From assembly GCA_963823035.1 (NCBI GenBank), contig CAWGKG010000011.1, positions 1 to 64,000 on the forward strand: a DNA stretch of 64,000 nucleotides. Direction: 5' to 3'. Positions 39,732 to 50,030 of the stretch are shown here, one piece after another (within the stretch, counting starts at the first letter, position 1; every line of letters starts with the position of its first letter). Source of the stretch: an uncultured Gemmatimonadales bacterium. Lineage in GTDB: Bacteria; Gemmatimonadota; Gemmatimonadetes; Longimicrobiales; Gaopeijiaceae. A program made the translations under genes and the position numbers. The notes under the pieces are model-generated. The model had not been told where the DNA came from. It saw only the letters and a list, made by a program, of their open reading frames with translations, and did no database searches.

Positions 39732-41852
39732 TCAGCCGCGTCCGCGACGGGTCCATGGGCGGGGGGTCTTCCTCCGCTCCTTGAGGACCTCCACCCAGAA
39801 GTCGCTTCCCCCCGTCGGGAGGCGGTTCACCCCGCACGCGCCCAGGATGCGCTGCATGCCACGCCGGACGATCGCGAGGCCGATCCCGGTGCCGGGGTGG
39901 TCTCCGCCTTCGGCGAGGCGCTCGAAGACCCGGAAGATCCGCTCCTCCTGGCCTTCGGGGATGCCGATGCCGTTGTCCTCGACGTGGATGCGGATCCGGT
40001 CTTCGAAGTCCTCGGTGTGCATGCGCACCTCCGGGGTTCGATCGTCCGGCACGAACTTCAGCGCGTTCGACAGGAGGTTGGCAAGCACCTGCACGAGCGC
40101 GGTCTGGCTGCCCAGAACCGTCGGCAGGCGCTTGGGGACGTGCACGGCGGCGCCCTTGGCGCGGATGTCGGCGTCGACCTGCTGGAGGGCGTGGTCCACC
40201 ACGGTGCCGAGGTCCACCGGCCTGAGCTCCATCTTCTCGAAGCTCAGGCGGCTGTACGCGAGCAGGTCCACGATCAACCGCTCGGCCTGCCGTCCCGAGT
40301 GGATGATCCGGCGCGTGTAGTCCCGTGCCTCCTCCGACAGCGATTCCCCGTGGTTCTGGAGCATCGCGTGGGCGAAGCCCTGCATCGTGCGCAGGGGGGC
40401 GCGCAGGTCGTGCGAGACGGAATACGCGAAGGACTCGAGCTCCTGATTGGCCTGCTGGAACTGCTGCGCGAGTCGCCGGTAGCGCGACTCGCTGTCACGA
40501 AGGGCTTCTTCGGCCTCCAGGCGCTCGAGGAACTGCGCCAGGATCGTGGCCAGGCTGGCACCGAGGCGCAGCCAACGCTCCTCCTCCTGCCTCGGCTCGG
40601 TATCCACGGCGGTGAGCGCACCGGAGACGGCGCCGGAGGTGGCGAGCGGGAAGGAGGCCCATACATGGGGATCGAGCGCGAGCAGCGCCTTGTGGATGGA
40701 CTCGCGACGGTTGGCCACGTCGTGGACGACCACCGGCCGCCCCGTCTGGACCGCCGAACCGGTCGGGGTCTGGTGCACGGCCACCTCGAGGGGTGCGCCG
40801 TCGCCGAAGTCCGCGCCGTGCGCGGCGGCGATCACGAGGCGGTCCCGGGCGTGATCGAGGCGCTCCAGGAGCACGACGGGCACGTCCATCGCGCGCGCCA
40901 CGGCCTCGAGGATCGGGGCGGCGGCCTCCTCGAGCGAATCGCTCGCCAGCGTCAGCTCGGCCACGCGGTAGAGCGCCGCGAGCTCCTCGTTGCGCTGCGC
41001 CAGCGCGCTGCGCGCCCGGTGCTCCAGCGTCCTGTCCACCAGGAAGCCGTCCGCCCGCACCTGCCCGCTGTCGGGGTCGCGGGCCACGGAGACGCTCGAG
41101 CGCAGGTGGACGAGCGCTCCGTCCGCGCGCTGGACTTCGTAGTCGCGCTGGAGGCTGTCCCCGTCGGGCCGCGCGGCCAGAGCCTCCCAGTCGGCCTCCC
41201 GGTCCTCGATACGGAGGAGGAGCGGGGGCCAGAGGTGCGGATCGGCGAGCAGCTGCTCGGGCGCGTAGCCGAGCACCGCGCGGCTCGCCGGTGATACCTG
41301 GATCAGGCGGCGCCCGGTCACGTCCACCGAGAAGAAGACGTCGCGCAGGTTGGAGAACAGCTGTTCCAGCTCTCGCGTCTTCGCGTCCAGCTTCTCGCGG
41401 GTGGCACGGCGCTCCGCCCGATCGCGCACACGCTGTTCGGCGATCTCCAGGCGAACGTCGAGAAGGCGCGGTTGCACCGGCTTGCGAACGAAGTCGTCCG
41501 CACCGGCAGCCAGGACGTGGCGCACGGCGTCGGGGTCCTCGCGCCCCGTGACGATGACGATGACGGGGTCGGTCCCCCGCGGATGGCGACGGATCTTCCG
41601 ACAGAGCGCGACCCCGTCCATCCCGGGAAGCATCAGGTCGAGGAGCACGAGCGGACACGGGTCCTCTTCGAAGGCCGCCCACGCGGCCTCTCCGCTGGCG
41701 CACGACGTCACCCGGTAGCCCCGCGAGCGGAGGATCTCCGAGAAGAACCAGCGCTCGCCCGCGTCGTCCTCGACGACCAGGACACGCATCCCGTCGGCGG
41801 GGAGGCCGGGCGTCGTGTCGTCGGTCGGTCGGAGGTACGGCGGGTCGTTCAC
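39732..41852 (-). CDS. REC-PAS-GAF histidine kinase
   Basis: N-terminal VLVVEDD/LDLMLP/KP receiver, PAS, GAF, SVSHDLRAPLR, NLLSNALKF, GTGIGL. Confidence 0.92.
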   Translation of the reverse strand: MNDPPYLRPTDDTTPGLPADGMRVLVVEDDAGERWFFSEILRSRGYRVTSCASGEAAWAAFEEDPCPLVLLDLMLPGMDGVALCRKIRRHPRGTDPVIVIVTGREDPDAVRHVLAAGADDFVRKPVQPRLLDVRLEIAEQRVRDRAERRATREKLDAKTRELEQLFSNLRDVFFSVDVTGRRLIQVSPASRAVLGYAPEQLLADPHLWPPLLLRIEDREADWEALAARPDGDSLQRDYEVQRADGALVHLRSSVSVARDPDSGQVRADGFLVDRTLEHRARSALAQRNEELAALYRVAELTLASDSLEEAAAPILEAVARAMDVPVVLLERLDHARDRLVIAAAHGADFGDGAPLEVAVHQTPTGSAVQTGRPVVVHDVANRRESIHKALLALDPHVWASFPLATSGAVSGALTAVDTEPRQEEERWLRLGASLATILAQFLERLEAEEALRDSESRYRRLAQQFQQANQELESFAYSVSHDLRAPLRTMQGFAHAMLQNHGESLSEEARDYTRRIIHSGRQAERLIVDLLAYSRLSFEKMELRPVDLGTVVDHALQQVDADIRAKGAAVHVPKRLPTVLGSQTALVQVLANLLSNALKFVPDDRTPEVRMHTEDFEDRIRIHVEDNGIGIPEGQEERIFRVFERLAEGGDHPGTGIGLAIVRRGMQRILGACGVNRLPTGGSDFWVEVLKERRKTPRPWTRRGRG

Positions 41853-42179
41853 GGCCAGGCGGTCGGTCAGGTGGTCACCATTCGTCGAGGTTGGGCTGCC
41901 AGCGTCAGACGCGGTCGTACGTCCGGCCAGTGGGTCGTGTCCTCGTCGAACGCGGTCCTGGGGAGCCGCAAGGGAGAGCCCGGTTGGATCGGGACGCGAA
42001 GAGGGGGGTCGAGCGCGGGCTCATCGAGGCTCCAGGGAGCGTGGGCGTTCCGATCACCGCCTTCAACCTAAGGCGGGCGTTGCGGGCGCCACCAGCCGTT
42101 CGCCACGGGGGTGTCTCGCCGACGCGTACGATGCCAGAATGTCCGTGCCCGTCGTCGCTGTCCCCGTGGAGGTACCTCC

Positions 42180-42623
42180 ATGACATCCCAGCCGTTCCGA
42201 TTCCACCATCCGGTCGAGGTCCGCTTCAAGGACATCGACGTCGGGGGGCACGCGCATCACTCGCACGCCTTCGTCTATTTCGAGGAGGCGCGCGCGAGCT
42301 ACTGGCGCCAGGTCGCCGGCCGGGACGGCCTCGACGACATCGACTACATCCTGGCCGAGGCCGAAGTCCGGTGGCATCGGAGGGTGCTCTGGCCGCAGAC
42401 CCTCTCGGTCGGCGTGCGCGTCGCGCGCCTGGGGAAGAAGCACTTCGAGATGGAATACGAGGTGCTCGGGGAGGACGGCACGCGTCTCCAGAGCGGGCGC
42501 ACGGTCCAGATCATGTACGACTACGAGGCCGGGCGCACGGCGGCGATCCCGGACGACCTGCGGGCGGCGCTCGAGCGCTTCGACGGCCCCTTCGCCGCCG
42601 GCGGAAGGGCTTCCGCCACATAG
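42180..42623 (+). CDS. Acyl-CoA thioesterase (4HBT/YbgC hot-dog family)
   Basis: VRFKDIDVGGHAHHSHAFVYFEEAR. Confidence 0.88.
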   Translation: MTSQPFRFHHPVEVRFKDIDVGGHAHHSHAFVYFEEARASYWRQVAGRDGLDDIDYILAEAEVRWHRRVLWPQTLSVGVRVARLGKKHFEMEYEVLGEDGTRLQSGRTVQIMYDYEAGRTAAIPDDLRAALERFDGPFAAGGRASAT

Positions 42624-42645
42624 GGTTCCATGGCGGCCGCCAACG

Positions 42646-42675
42646 TTGACCCCCGTGGAGCGCTCCGGGTACATT
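42646..42675 (+). promoter_or_regulatory. Sigma70-type promoter for the TPR gene
   Basis: TTGACC-N18-TACATT. Confidence 0.55.
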
Positions 42676-42816
42676 GGCACGTTTCCCGCACGCGGGGGCC
42701 GTTGGAAAGCGGATCTCCGGGTGCGCCTGCGGTTTATGGAAGGTATGCGACGTTCGGCGGGCGCCCGGACGGACGAAGCGGGAAGGCAAGGGGGAGACCC
42801 CGAGGAGATCAGGACG

Positions 42817-44560
42817 ATGGTTCGAGGCACGAGGCTCGTGTTGAGTTGCCTGGCGGTGGCCGCGGTCGGGGTGCCGACCACGCGGCTGCAGGCCCAGGAG
42901 ATGGGGCGCTACCGCGTCCTCATTCCGAACTTCCAGCCCCTCGACGGGGCCAAGGACGACTTCGGGAAGAAGGTGGCGGAGGATCTGCGGGAGTTGGTCA
43001 ACGGGCTCGCGACGCACCAGCCGATCGAGAAGAAGGAGATCGAGCAGAGCCTGAAGCGCTTCAAGATGAAGATGGAAGAGCTGGACTGCATCCGTACACG
43101 GCAGCTCGCGTCGCAGATGAACGCCCAGGTGGCGCTGTGCGCGAACTACACCGAGCGGAACGGCCAGGTCGTGGTCGACGCGGAGTTCTGGGACATCGCT
43201 TCCAGCGAGTCGTTCAAGGTCGACCCGACCACGGTCGGTGAGAAGGACGACCAGCAGGCGGCACAGCACATCTTCGACCAGTTCGACGGCTACGTGCAGC
43301 AGGTGCGCTTCGCGCAGTTCTGCGGCGAATACGCGCAGAGCCAGCAGTGGGACAACGCGCTGCGCAACTGCGACCAGGCGCTCGAGCTCAATCCGGACGC
43401 GGTCGGGACGCGCTACCAGCGCGCGCGCATCCTCTACGAGACGGACCGCTACCCGGAGGCGCTCTCCGAGCTCGAGAAGGTCCTCGCAGCTGAACCAGTT
43501 CCACGAGGACGCGCTCCAGCTCGCGGGCTACATCTCCGCCAAGCAGGGTGAGGACGAGAAGGCCCTCGACTACTACTCCCAGTACCTCGAGCTGAATCCG
43601 GGCAACGCGAACGTCCGCATGAAGATCGCCTACGACCTGGCGCAGGCCGGCGATCCGGGCGGCGCGATGCAGCTCGTCCAGGAGGGGCTGGACGTCGACT
43701 CTGAGAACATCGACCTCTGGGAGCAGTACGGCGGCTACGCCTTCGCCAGGGCGCTCGAGATCAACCAGGAGGCGTCGGTCGGCGCGGGCGAGGACGCGGG
43801 GTCCGTCGCGCCCGAGGCGGTGGAGTACTTCCGCAAGGCCATCGAGGCCTACCAGAAGGTGTTCGAGGCCAAGGGACCCGACACGCCGGTGGGGCACCTG
43901 CGCAACATCGTGGCGGCCTACGTGCAGCTCGGTGAGCTCGACCAGGCGATCGCCATGGCCGAGCGCGCGCTCGAGACGCACCCGCAGGAGGACGCGCTCT
44001 GGTCGATCTACGCGGACGCGCTCCAGCGCGCCGGGAAGCTCGACGAGGCGATCACGGCGCTCGACCGGGTGAAGGAGATCAACCCCAACTACCCGAACGT
44101 GAGCCTGCGGCAGGGGAACTGGCTGATCCAGGCCGGTCGTATCGACGACGCGGTGGCCGTCCTCAAGTCGGCCGTGGCCGGGAGTCAGGATCAGGCCGAC
44201 GTGGCGGCGCGGCTCATCTTCGCCGACGCCTACCAGAACGGCATCCAGAAGGAGAGGTACGCGTACGCCGTGGACGGGCTGTCGGCGGCCAAGCAGCTGC
44301 CCAACCTCAGCTCGATGATGATGAGCCAGCTCAACTTCTGGCACGGCTATGCCCTCTACACCGGTGGCGTGAAGGAGCAGGAGCCGCAGACGCTCGAGAC
44401 GGCCAAGGCCACGCTGCCGAAGTTCCAGCAGGCCGTGAAGCTCTTCCAGCAGGGCGAAGAGTACGCGGCGTCGCAGGCGTCGATCACGCTCAAGCAGTTC
44501 CTGGACAACGCGAGCACCTACATCGAGATCCAGGAAGCGATCATCAAGCGCGGAAGCTGA
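42817..44560 (+). CDS. Exported tetratricopeptide repeat protein (frameshift near 43490)
   Basis: Signal peptide; repeated ALELNPD, YLELNPGN, ALETHPQE, KEINPNY TPR motifs. Confidence 0.88.
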
Positions 44561-44598
44561 CGATGTAGCCGCGCGTCCTACCGACGCGAGTCCGCGGC

Positions 44599-44634
44599 AA
44601 GGCGCCGCGGGGCCCCCGGGTCCCGCGGCGCCTT
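44599..44634 (+). terminator. GC-rich hairpin after the TPR gene
   Basis: AAGGCGCCGCGGGGCCC-CC-GGGTCCCGCGGCGCCTT. Confidence 0.6.
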
Positions 44635-44854
44635 CGCGTTCCGGAGCGCCGGAGGGGAAGGACGCGCCACGGGCCGGCTTCCCCACTCCGTCCCACCGGG
44701 AGAGGACGCGAGCGGCGCGCCCGCACACGCAATTCCGTCAGAATCCGAACGAAAACCGAAAGTCCTCCGAACCCCGTTCATCCGTACAGGGACGCGCCTT
44801 TTCGAGGTACACACCCTCATCCCTCGATGGGAAGGAATTGGCAAAAAAGCACCC

Positions 44855-44884
44855 TTGACGCCCTGGTCCACTCGCCCCTATTAT
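44855..44884 (+). promoter_or_regulatory. dcw (mraZ) sigma70 promoter
   Basis: TTGACG-N18-TATTAT preceded by an A tract. Confidence 0.7.
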
Positions 44885-44888
44885 GCCT

Positions 44889-44922
44889 CCACGGCATACC
44901 ACTCTATCCCACCCCATCCCAC
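44889..44922. promoter_or_regulatory. MraZ-binding direct repeats
   Basis: CCAC at 44889, 44899, 44909, 44919 (exact 10-bp period; GTGG on the minus strand). Confidence 0.8.
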
Positions 44923-44946
44923 TCCTGGGATCCGGCGGAGCGTTTC

Positions 44947-45379
44947 TTGGGCGCTTTTCGGGGACGGCACGAGCACCAGATGGACGAGAAGGGGCGCGTG
45001 AGCCTCCCCTCGGCGTTCCGCCGAGGCGAGTCCGACGAGCGCTTCGTTCTCCTCCAATGGGAGAAGCCGTACCTGACGCTCTTCCCCGAGGCGAAGTGGA
45101 ACGAGATCGAGGACCGACTCGACGACTACCGCAAGTCCGGCAGCCGGGGCGATGAACCACGTCCGCCTCCTCTACGAGACCCTGGCCGAGGTCAGCCCCG
45201 ACAAGCAGGGACGCATTCTCGTGCCCGCGCCGCTGCAGCAGGCCGGTGGCCTGAGCGGCACGGTGCTCCTTCTCGGGATGCGCGATCGGGTGGAGTTGTG
45301 GGATCCGACCACCTACGAGAAGGTCGTCCGCGAGGAGGCCGGTGACTTCGCCCAGTTCGCGCACAGGCTGTTCGGCTGA
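44947..45379 (+). CDS. mraZ: Division/cell wall cluster repressor MraZ (frameshift near 45145)
   Basis: TTG start; DEKGRVSLPSAFR and DKQGRILVP...VELWD. Confidence 0.92.
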
Positions 45380-46305
45380 TGGCGACGGACTACCACGAGC
45401 CCGTCATGGCCGACGAGGTGGTGGCCTTCCTCGCGCCCTCCGGTGAGGCGCTCCTCCTCGACGGCACGGTGGGAGGCGGCGGACACACGCGCCGCATCCT
45501 CGAGGCCTGCCCCGGGTGCCGGGTCGTGGCCGTCGATCGGGACCCGGAGGCGATCGCCGAGGCGCGAGCGTCGCTCGGCGCCCTCGCCGCACGGGTCCGC
45601 TTCCTCCACCGCCGCTACGACGAGGCGACCGACGACGCCGAGATCCGCGACCGTGGGCTCGAGGGAGCGCTCCTGGACCTCGGCGTCAGCTCGCATCAGC
45701 TCGACGAGGAGGCCCGGGGCTTCGCCTTCCGCCGCGGGGTCGCGCTGGACATGCGCATGGACCTCACGCAGGAGGAGGACGCGGCGCGCCTCCTCGCCGA
45801 GGCGGACGAGGAGCGGCTCGCACGGGTGTTTCGGGAGCTCGGTGAGGAGCCGCGGGCCCGCAGGCTCGCCCGCGAGATCGTGAAGCGGCGGGCGACGGAG
45901 CCCCTGCGCACCAGCGACGACCTGGTGGCGGCGCTCACCGTCGCGATGGGCCGCTCGGCGTCCGCGCAGGACAAGGCGCGGATCTTCCAGGCCGTGCGGA
46001 TCGCGGTCAACGGCGAGCTCGAGTCGCTGGAGCGGGGACTGCCCGCGATCCGCGACCGCCTGAAGGAGGGCGGCGTGCTCGTGGTGATCGCCTACCACTC
46101 GCTCGAGGACCGGCTGGTCAAGAACGCCTTCCGCGAGTGGAGCCGCGCCTGCGTGTGCCCGCCCGAGGCCCCCGTGTGCACGTGCCGCGGCGAGCCCCTC
46201 GGCGAGACGCTCACCCGCAAGCCCGTCCGCCCCGGGGACGCCGAGGTCGAGGCCAACCCGCGGGCTCGGAGCGCGCGTCTGCGCGCCTGGCGGAGGGCCG
46301 CGTGA
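45379..46305 (+). CDS. rsmH: 16S rRNA m4C1402 methyltransferase
   Basis: HEPVM, DGTVGGGGH, DLGVSSHQLD, YHSLEDR, NPRARSARLR. Confidence 0.96.
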   Translation: MATDYHEPVMADEVVAFLAPSGEALLLDGTVGGGGHTRRILEACPGCRVVAVDRDPEAIAEARASLGALAARVRFLHRRYDEATDDAEIRDRGLEGALLDLGVSSHQLDEEARGFAFRRGVALDMRMDLTQEEDAARLLAEADEERLARVFRELGEEPRARRLAREIVKRRATEPLRTSDDLVAALTVAMGRSASAQDKARIFQAVRIAVNGELESLERGLPAIRDRLKEGGVLVVIAYHSLEDRLVKNAFREWSRACVCPPEAPVCTCRGEPLGETLTRKPVRPGDAEVEANPRARSARLRAWRRAA

Positions 46306-46589
46306 ACGGGCTCGGCTCGTTCCTGCGCGCCGCCTTCGCCGTGGCGGTCTTCCTGGGCTCGCTGGCCCTGGTGACCTGGCGGCAGAGCCGGGCCTTCGAG
46401 ACGGCGGCCCGCCTGGACGACCTCCGCCGCCAGAACTCGGTGGCCGAGGCCGAGCAGGTGGAGCTGGAGCGTCACATCCAGGTGCTCGAGAGCAGGACGC
46501 ACGTGGTGCCGGCCGCACGGGCCCGCCTGGGCATGCACACCGCGACGACGTCGGAGCTGGTCATCCTTTCGGGAGACGTGAACCCGTGA
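46302..46589 (+). CDS. ftsL: Cell division protein FtsL
   Basis: TM plus coiled coil, AARARLGM; located between rsmH and ftsI. Confidence 0.8.
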   Translation: MNGLGSFLRAAFAVAVFLGSLALVTWRQSRAFETAARLDDLRRQNSVAEAEQVELERHIQVLESRTHVVPAARARLGMHTATTSELVILSGDVNP

Positions 46590-48562
46590 GCCGTAGAGAG
46601 CCCCCCCACAGCCGCGCCGCCTGGCGTCGTCGCCTCGTGCTCGCGGGGTGGATGGTCGCCTGCGCGGTGCTCTGCGTTCGCGCCGCCCAGGTCCAGGTCC
46701 TGGAGGGCGCCGACTGGCAGGAGATGGCCGAGTCGCAGCACACGACGGACAAGGAGGTCGCGGCCGCCCGCGGCGCCGTCCTCGACCGGGACGGGGCGCA
46801 GCTCGCCGTGTCCCGGGAGGTCTACCGGGTGAGCGTGGCCCCGCAGGAGCTCCTGGCCCCCGATTCGACGCGCGCGCTGCTGGCTGCGGCGCTGGACCTG
46901 TCGACGCAGGCCGCCCGCCGCCTGGTGAACAAGGACCGACGCTGGGTGGTGGCTCCGGGTCGCTACCCGCCCACCGTGCGCGACCGGCTTTCCGGCGTGC
47001 GCGGCGTGTACCTCGACCGCGAGCTGGAGCGCTTCCACCCGCATGGCAACCTCGCCCGCGGCGTGCTGGGCGCGCTCCTCGACGGGGAGGGGCAGGGGGG
47101 GATCGAGCAGACCTTCGACGACGTCCTGAGAGGCCGCGCCGGCCGCGAGGTGGTCGCCCGCGACAACCTGGGCAAGCCGATCCCCGGTGAGACGCTCCTC
47201 GTGGACGCGCCCCGCTCGGGGGGTCAGGTGGTCCTCACGCTCGACCTGGACCTCCAGGAGATCGCGGGCCAGGCGCTGCAGGAGGCCATCGAGGGGAGCC
47301 AGGCGCGCGGGGGCGACGTGCTGATCACCGATCCGTCGACCGGCGAGATCCTGGCGCTCGTCTCGATCCGCGACGGCAAGACGGCGGGGCTGGGCGCGAT
47401 CAACACGCCGTACGAGCCGGGCTCGACGCTCAAGCCCTTCACGGTGGCCGGGATGCTCGACCGACACCTCGCACGGCTCGGCGACTCGGTCGACGTCGAC
47501 AACGGCACGTGGACGGTCGCGGGGCGCACGCTGCACGACGTGCACGCCGAGGGGCGCATGACGATCGCCGACGCGCTGCGCGTGTCGTCCAACGTGGGGA
47601 TCGCCAAGGCCGCCCAGGTGCTCACCCCCGGCGAGCAATACGAGAACCTGCGCGACTTCGGCTTCGGCGCCGCCACCGGCATCGACCTCCCCGGCGAGGC
47701 CAGCGGCACGCTGCGTCGCCCGGACCGGTGGTCGCTGCAGTCGCCCGCGTCGCTCGCGATCGGCTACGAGATCGGCGTCACCCCGATCCAGATGGCGATG
47801 GCCTACGGCGCGCTCGCCAACGGCGGCCTGCTCATGGAGCCCCGGCTGATCCGCGAGGTGCGCGATCCCTCCGGCAAGGTGGTGGAGCACCGCGAGCCGC
47901 AGGTGGTGCGCCGCGTGATCACCCCCGAGGTCGCGCGCTCCGTGAGCCGTGTGCTCGTGGACGTCGTCGAGGACGGCACCGGCACGCGGGCGCGGCTGGG
48001 CGCGTTCGCCGTGGCCGGCAAGAGCGGCACGTCCCGGGCCTACAGCGCCGAGAGCGGCTACACCGCGGGGCACTACGCGTCCTTCGTCGGCTTCTTTCCG
48101 GCGGAGGCGCCCCAGCTCGTGATCTTCGTCAAGCTGGAGAACCCTTCGGGCACGTACTACGGCGGCGCGGTGGCCGCGCCGGTGACGCGAGCCACGATGG
48201 AGGCCGCGCTGGCCGCCAGGGGCACGCCGCTGGATCGCGAGAAGCTGCTGCGTGCGGCCCGCCCCGGGATCAGCCCTCGCCCGGCGACGACGGTGAAGTT
48301 CGCGGCGCAGGCCCTCGATCCGCCCGTGCCGCCCCGCGTCGATGCGGCGCGCTCGGACGACGACGCACCGGCCGCCAGCGTGCCCGTGCCGGACGTGCGC
48401 GGCCTCCCGGCCCGCACGGCGGTGCGCCGCCTGCACGCGCTCGGACTGAGGGTCTCCGAGGTGGGGAGGGGCGCCATCGTCGGCACGTTCCCGCCGGCGG
48501 GCGCGAGGGTCGCGCCCGGGGACACCGTCCGCCTGCGCGTCCGGCGGAGGTCGGATGGCTGA
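46586..48562 (+). CDS. ftsI: Penicillin-binding transpeptidase FtsI with C-terminal PASTA domain
   Basis: RGAVLDRDG, EPGSTLK, SSNVG, GKSGT; VPDVRGL... PASTA. Confidence 0.93.
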   Translation: MSRREPPHSRAAWRRRLVLAGWMVACAVLCVRAAQVQVLEGADWQEMAESQHTTDKEVAAARGAVLDRDGAQLAVSREVYRVSVAPQELLAPDSTRALLAAALDLSTQAARRLVNKDRRWVVAPGRYPPTVRDRLSGVRGVYLDRELERFHPHGNLARGVLGALLDGEGQGGIEQTFDDVLRGRAGREVVARDNLGKPIPGETLLVDAPRSGGQVVLTLDLDLQEIAGQALQEAIEGSQARGGDVLITDPSTGEILALVSIRDGKTAGLGAINTPYEPGSTLKPFTVAGMLDRHLARLGDSVDVDNGTWTVAGRTLHDVHAEGRMTIADALRVSSNVGIAKAAQVLTPGEQYENLRDFGFGAATGIDLPGEASGTLRRPDRWSLQSPASLAIGYEIGVTPIQMAMAYGALANGGLLMEPRLIREVRDPSGKVVEHREPQVVRRVITPEVARSVSRVLVDVVEDGTGTRARLGAFAVAGKSGTSRAYSAESGYTAGHYASFVGFFPAEAPQLVIFVKLENPSGTYYGGAVAAPVTRATMEAALAARGTPLDREKLLRAARPGISPRPATTVKFAAQALDPPVPPRVDAARSDDDAPAASVPVPDVRGLPARTAVRRLHALGLRVSEVGRGAIVGTFPPAGARVAPGDTVRLRVRRRSDG

Positions 48563-50030
48563 AGCGCCCGTCAGCCTGGGAACCGTGAGCCGCGTCCTCC
48601 GGTCCGCCGGCCTCCTCCGGGGCGAGCGCGGCCCGGAGGACGTCGCCGTACGGGGGGTGAGTCAGGACTCCCGCTCCATACGCCCGGGCGACCTCTTCCT
48701 CGCGTGGAAGGGCACCGCGGCGGACGCCCACGACTTCGTGGCGCGGGCGGCGGCGGCCGGAGCCGTGGCGGCGGTGGTCGAGCACCCGGTCGACGCCGAC
48801 CTCCCGCAGCTCGTGGTATCCGACGGTCGTCGGGCGGCCGCGCTCGCGGCGCATCACGTGATGGGCGCGCCCTCGGAGCGCATGACCGTCGTCGGCGTGA
48901 CCGGCACCAACGGGAAGACCACCACCGCGCTGCTCGCGCGCCACCTCCTGGGCGCGCTGGGGCCGGCGGCCGCCATGGGGACCCTCGGCGTCGTGGACGA
49001 CCAGGGCGTGCGGCCGGGCACCGAGGGGCTGACGACGCCGGGCCCGGTGCAGGTCGCCGTCTGGTTGTGGGAGCTCGCCAACGACGGCATGCGCGCCGTG
49101 GTCATGGAGGCCTCGTCGCACGCGCTCGACCAGCGGCGCCTGGACGGCGTCCGCTTCGAGATGGGCGTGTTCACGAACCTCACGCAGGATCACCTCGACT
49201 ACCACGTGGACCTGGCGTCGTACTTCGGCGCCAAGGCACGGCTGGTCGAGCTGGTCCAGGAGCGGGGCGCGCTGGTCGTGAACCGCGACGACCGCGCGTG
49301 GGACGAGCTCGACGTCGCGGGACGGCGGCTGCGGACCTTCGCGGTCGACGCGGAGGCGGACGTGCGCGCCGAGCGGGTCCAGCTGAGCGCGGCCGGTGCC
49401 CGCTTCATCCTCGTGGTGGACGGGGCACGCGCCGACGTCTCCCTCCCTCTGCGCGGCGCCTACAACGTCGAGAACGCGCTGGCGGCCGCGGCGGTCGCGG
49501 CGGCTGCGGGGATGGACGTCGGGCAGATCGCGGACCGACTCGGCTCGGCGCCGCAGGTGAGCGGGCGCCTGGAGGCGGTGCTGGGCGACCCCTTCTCGGT
49601 GCTCATCGACTTCGCGCACACGCCCGACGCCCTCGAGGGTGCGCTGGGCGCCGTGAAGCCGCTCACCGAGGGGCGTCTGATCGTCCTGTTCGGTGCGGGT
49701 GGCGACCGCGACCGCGCGAAGCGCCGTCCGATGGCCGAGGCCGTGCGTCGCTTCGCGGACGTGGTGGTGCTCACCTCGGACAACCCGCGCACGGAGGACC
49801 CGGAGCGCATCCTCGACGACCTGGCCGGCGGCCTGGTGGGCGTCCCGTACACCCGCATCGCCGATCGGCGCGCGGCGATCCTGCACGCGCTGTCCGTGGC
49901 CCGCCCGGGGGACACCGTCGTCCTCGCCGGGAAGGGGCACGAGACCTACCAGGTGATCGGCCGCGAGAAGCGGCCCTTCGACGAGCGGGCGATCGTGCGC
50001 GCGTGCCTCGCCGAGCTGGGGGCCGCGTGA
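48555..50030 (+). CDS. murE: UDP-MurNAc-tripeptide synthetase (meso-DAP type)
   Basis: GTNGKTT, MEASSH, DHLDYH, DFAHTPD, DNPR, GKGHE. Confidence 0.96.
   Translation: MAEAPVSLGTVSRVLRSAGLLRGERGPEDVAVRGVSQDSRSIRPGDLFLAWKGTAADAHDFVARAAAAGAVAAVVEHPVDADLPQLVVSDGRRAAALAAHHVMGAPSERMTVVGVTGTNGKTTTALLARHLLGALGPAAAMGTLGVVDDQGVRPGTEGLTTPGPVQVAVWLWELANDGMRAVVMEASSHALDQRRLDGVRFEMGVFTNLTQDHLDYHVDLASYFGAKARLVELVQERGALVVNRDDRAWDELDVAGRRLRTFAVDAEADVRAERVQLSAAGARFILVVDGARADVSLPLRGAYNVENALAAAAVAAAAGMDVGQIADRLGSAPQVSGRLEAVLGDPFSVLIDFAHTPDALEGALGAVKPLTEGRLIVLFGAGGDRDRAKRRPMAEAVRRFADVVVLTSDNPRTEDPERILDDLAGGLVGVPYTRIADRRAAILHALSVARPGDTVVLAGKGHETYQVIGREKRPFDERAIVRACLAELGAA

Noticed and set aside
41853..42179. ncRNA or small ORF in the 330-bp kinase-thioesterase spacer
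   Set aside because: I found no recognisable RNA family or convincing coding signal; it is compatible with divergent promoters.
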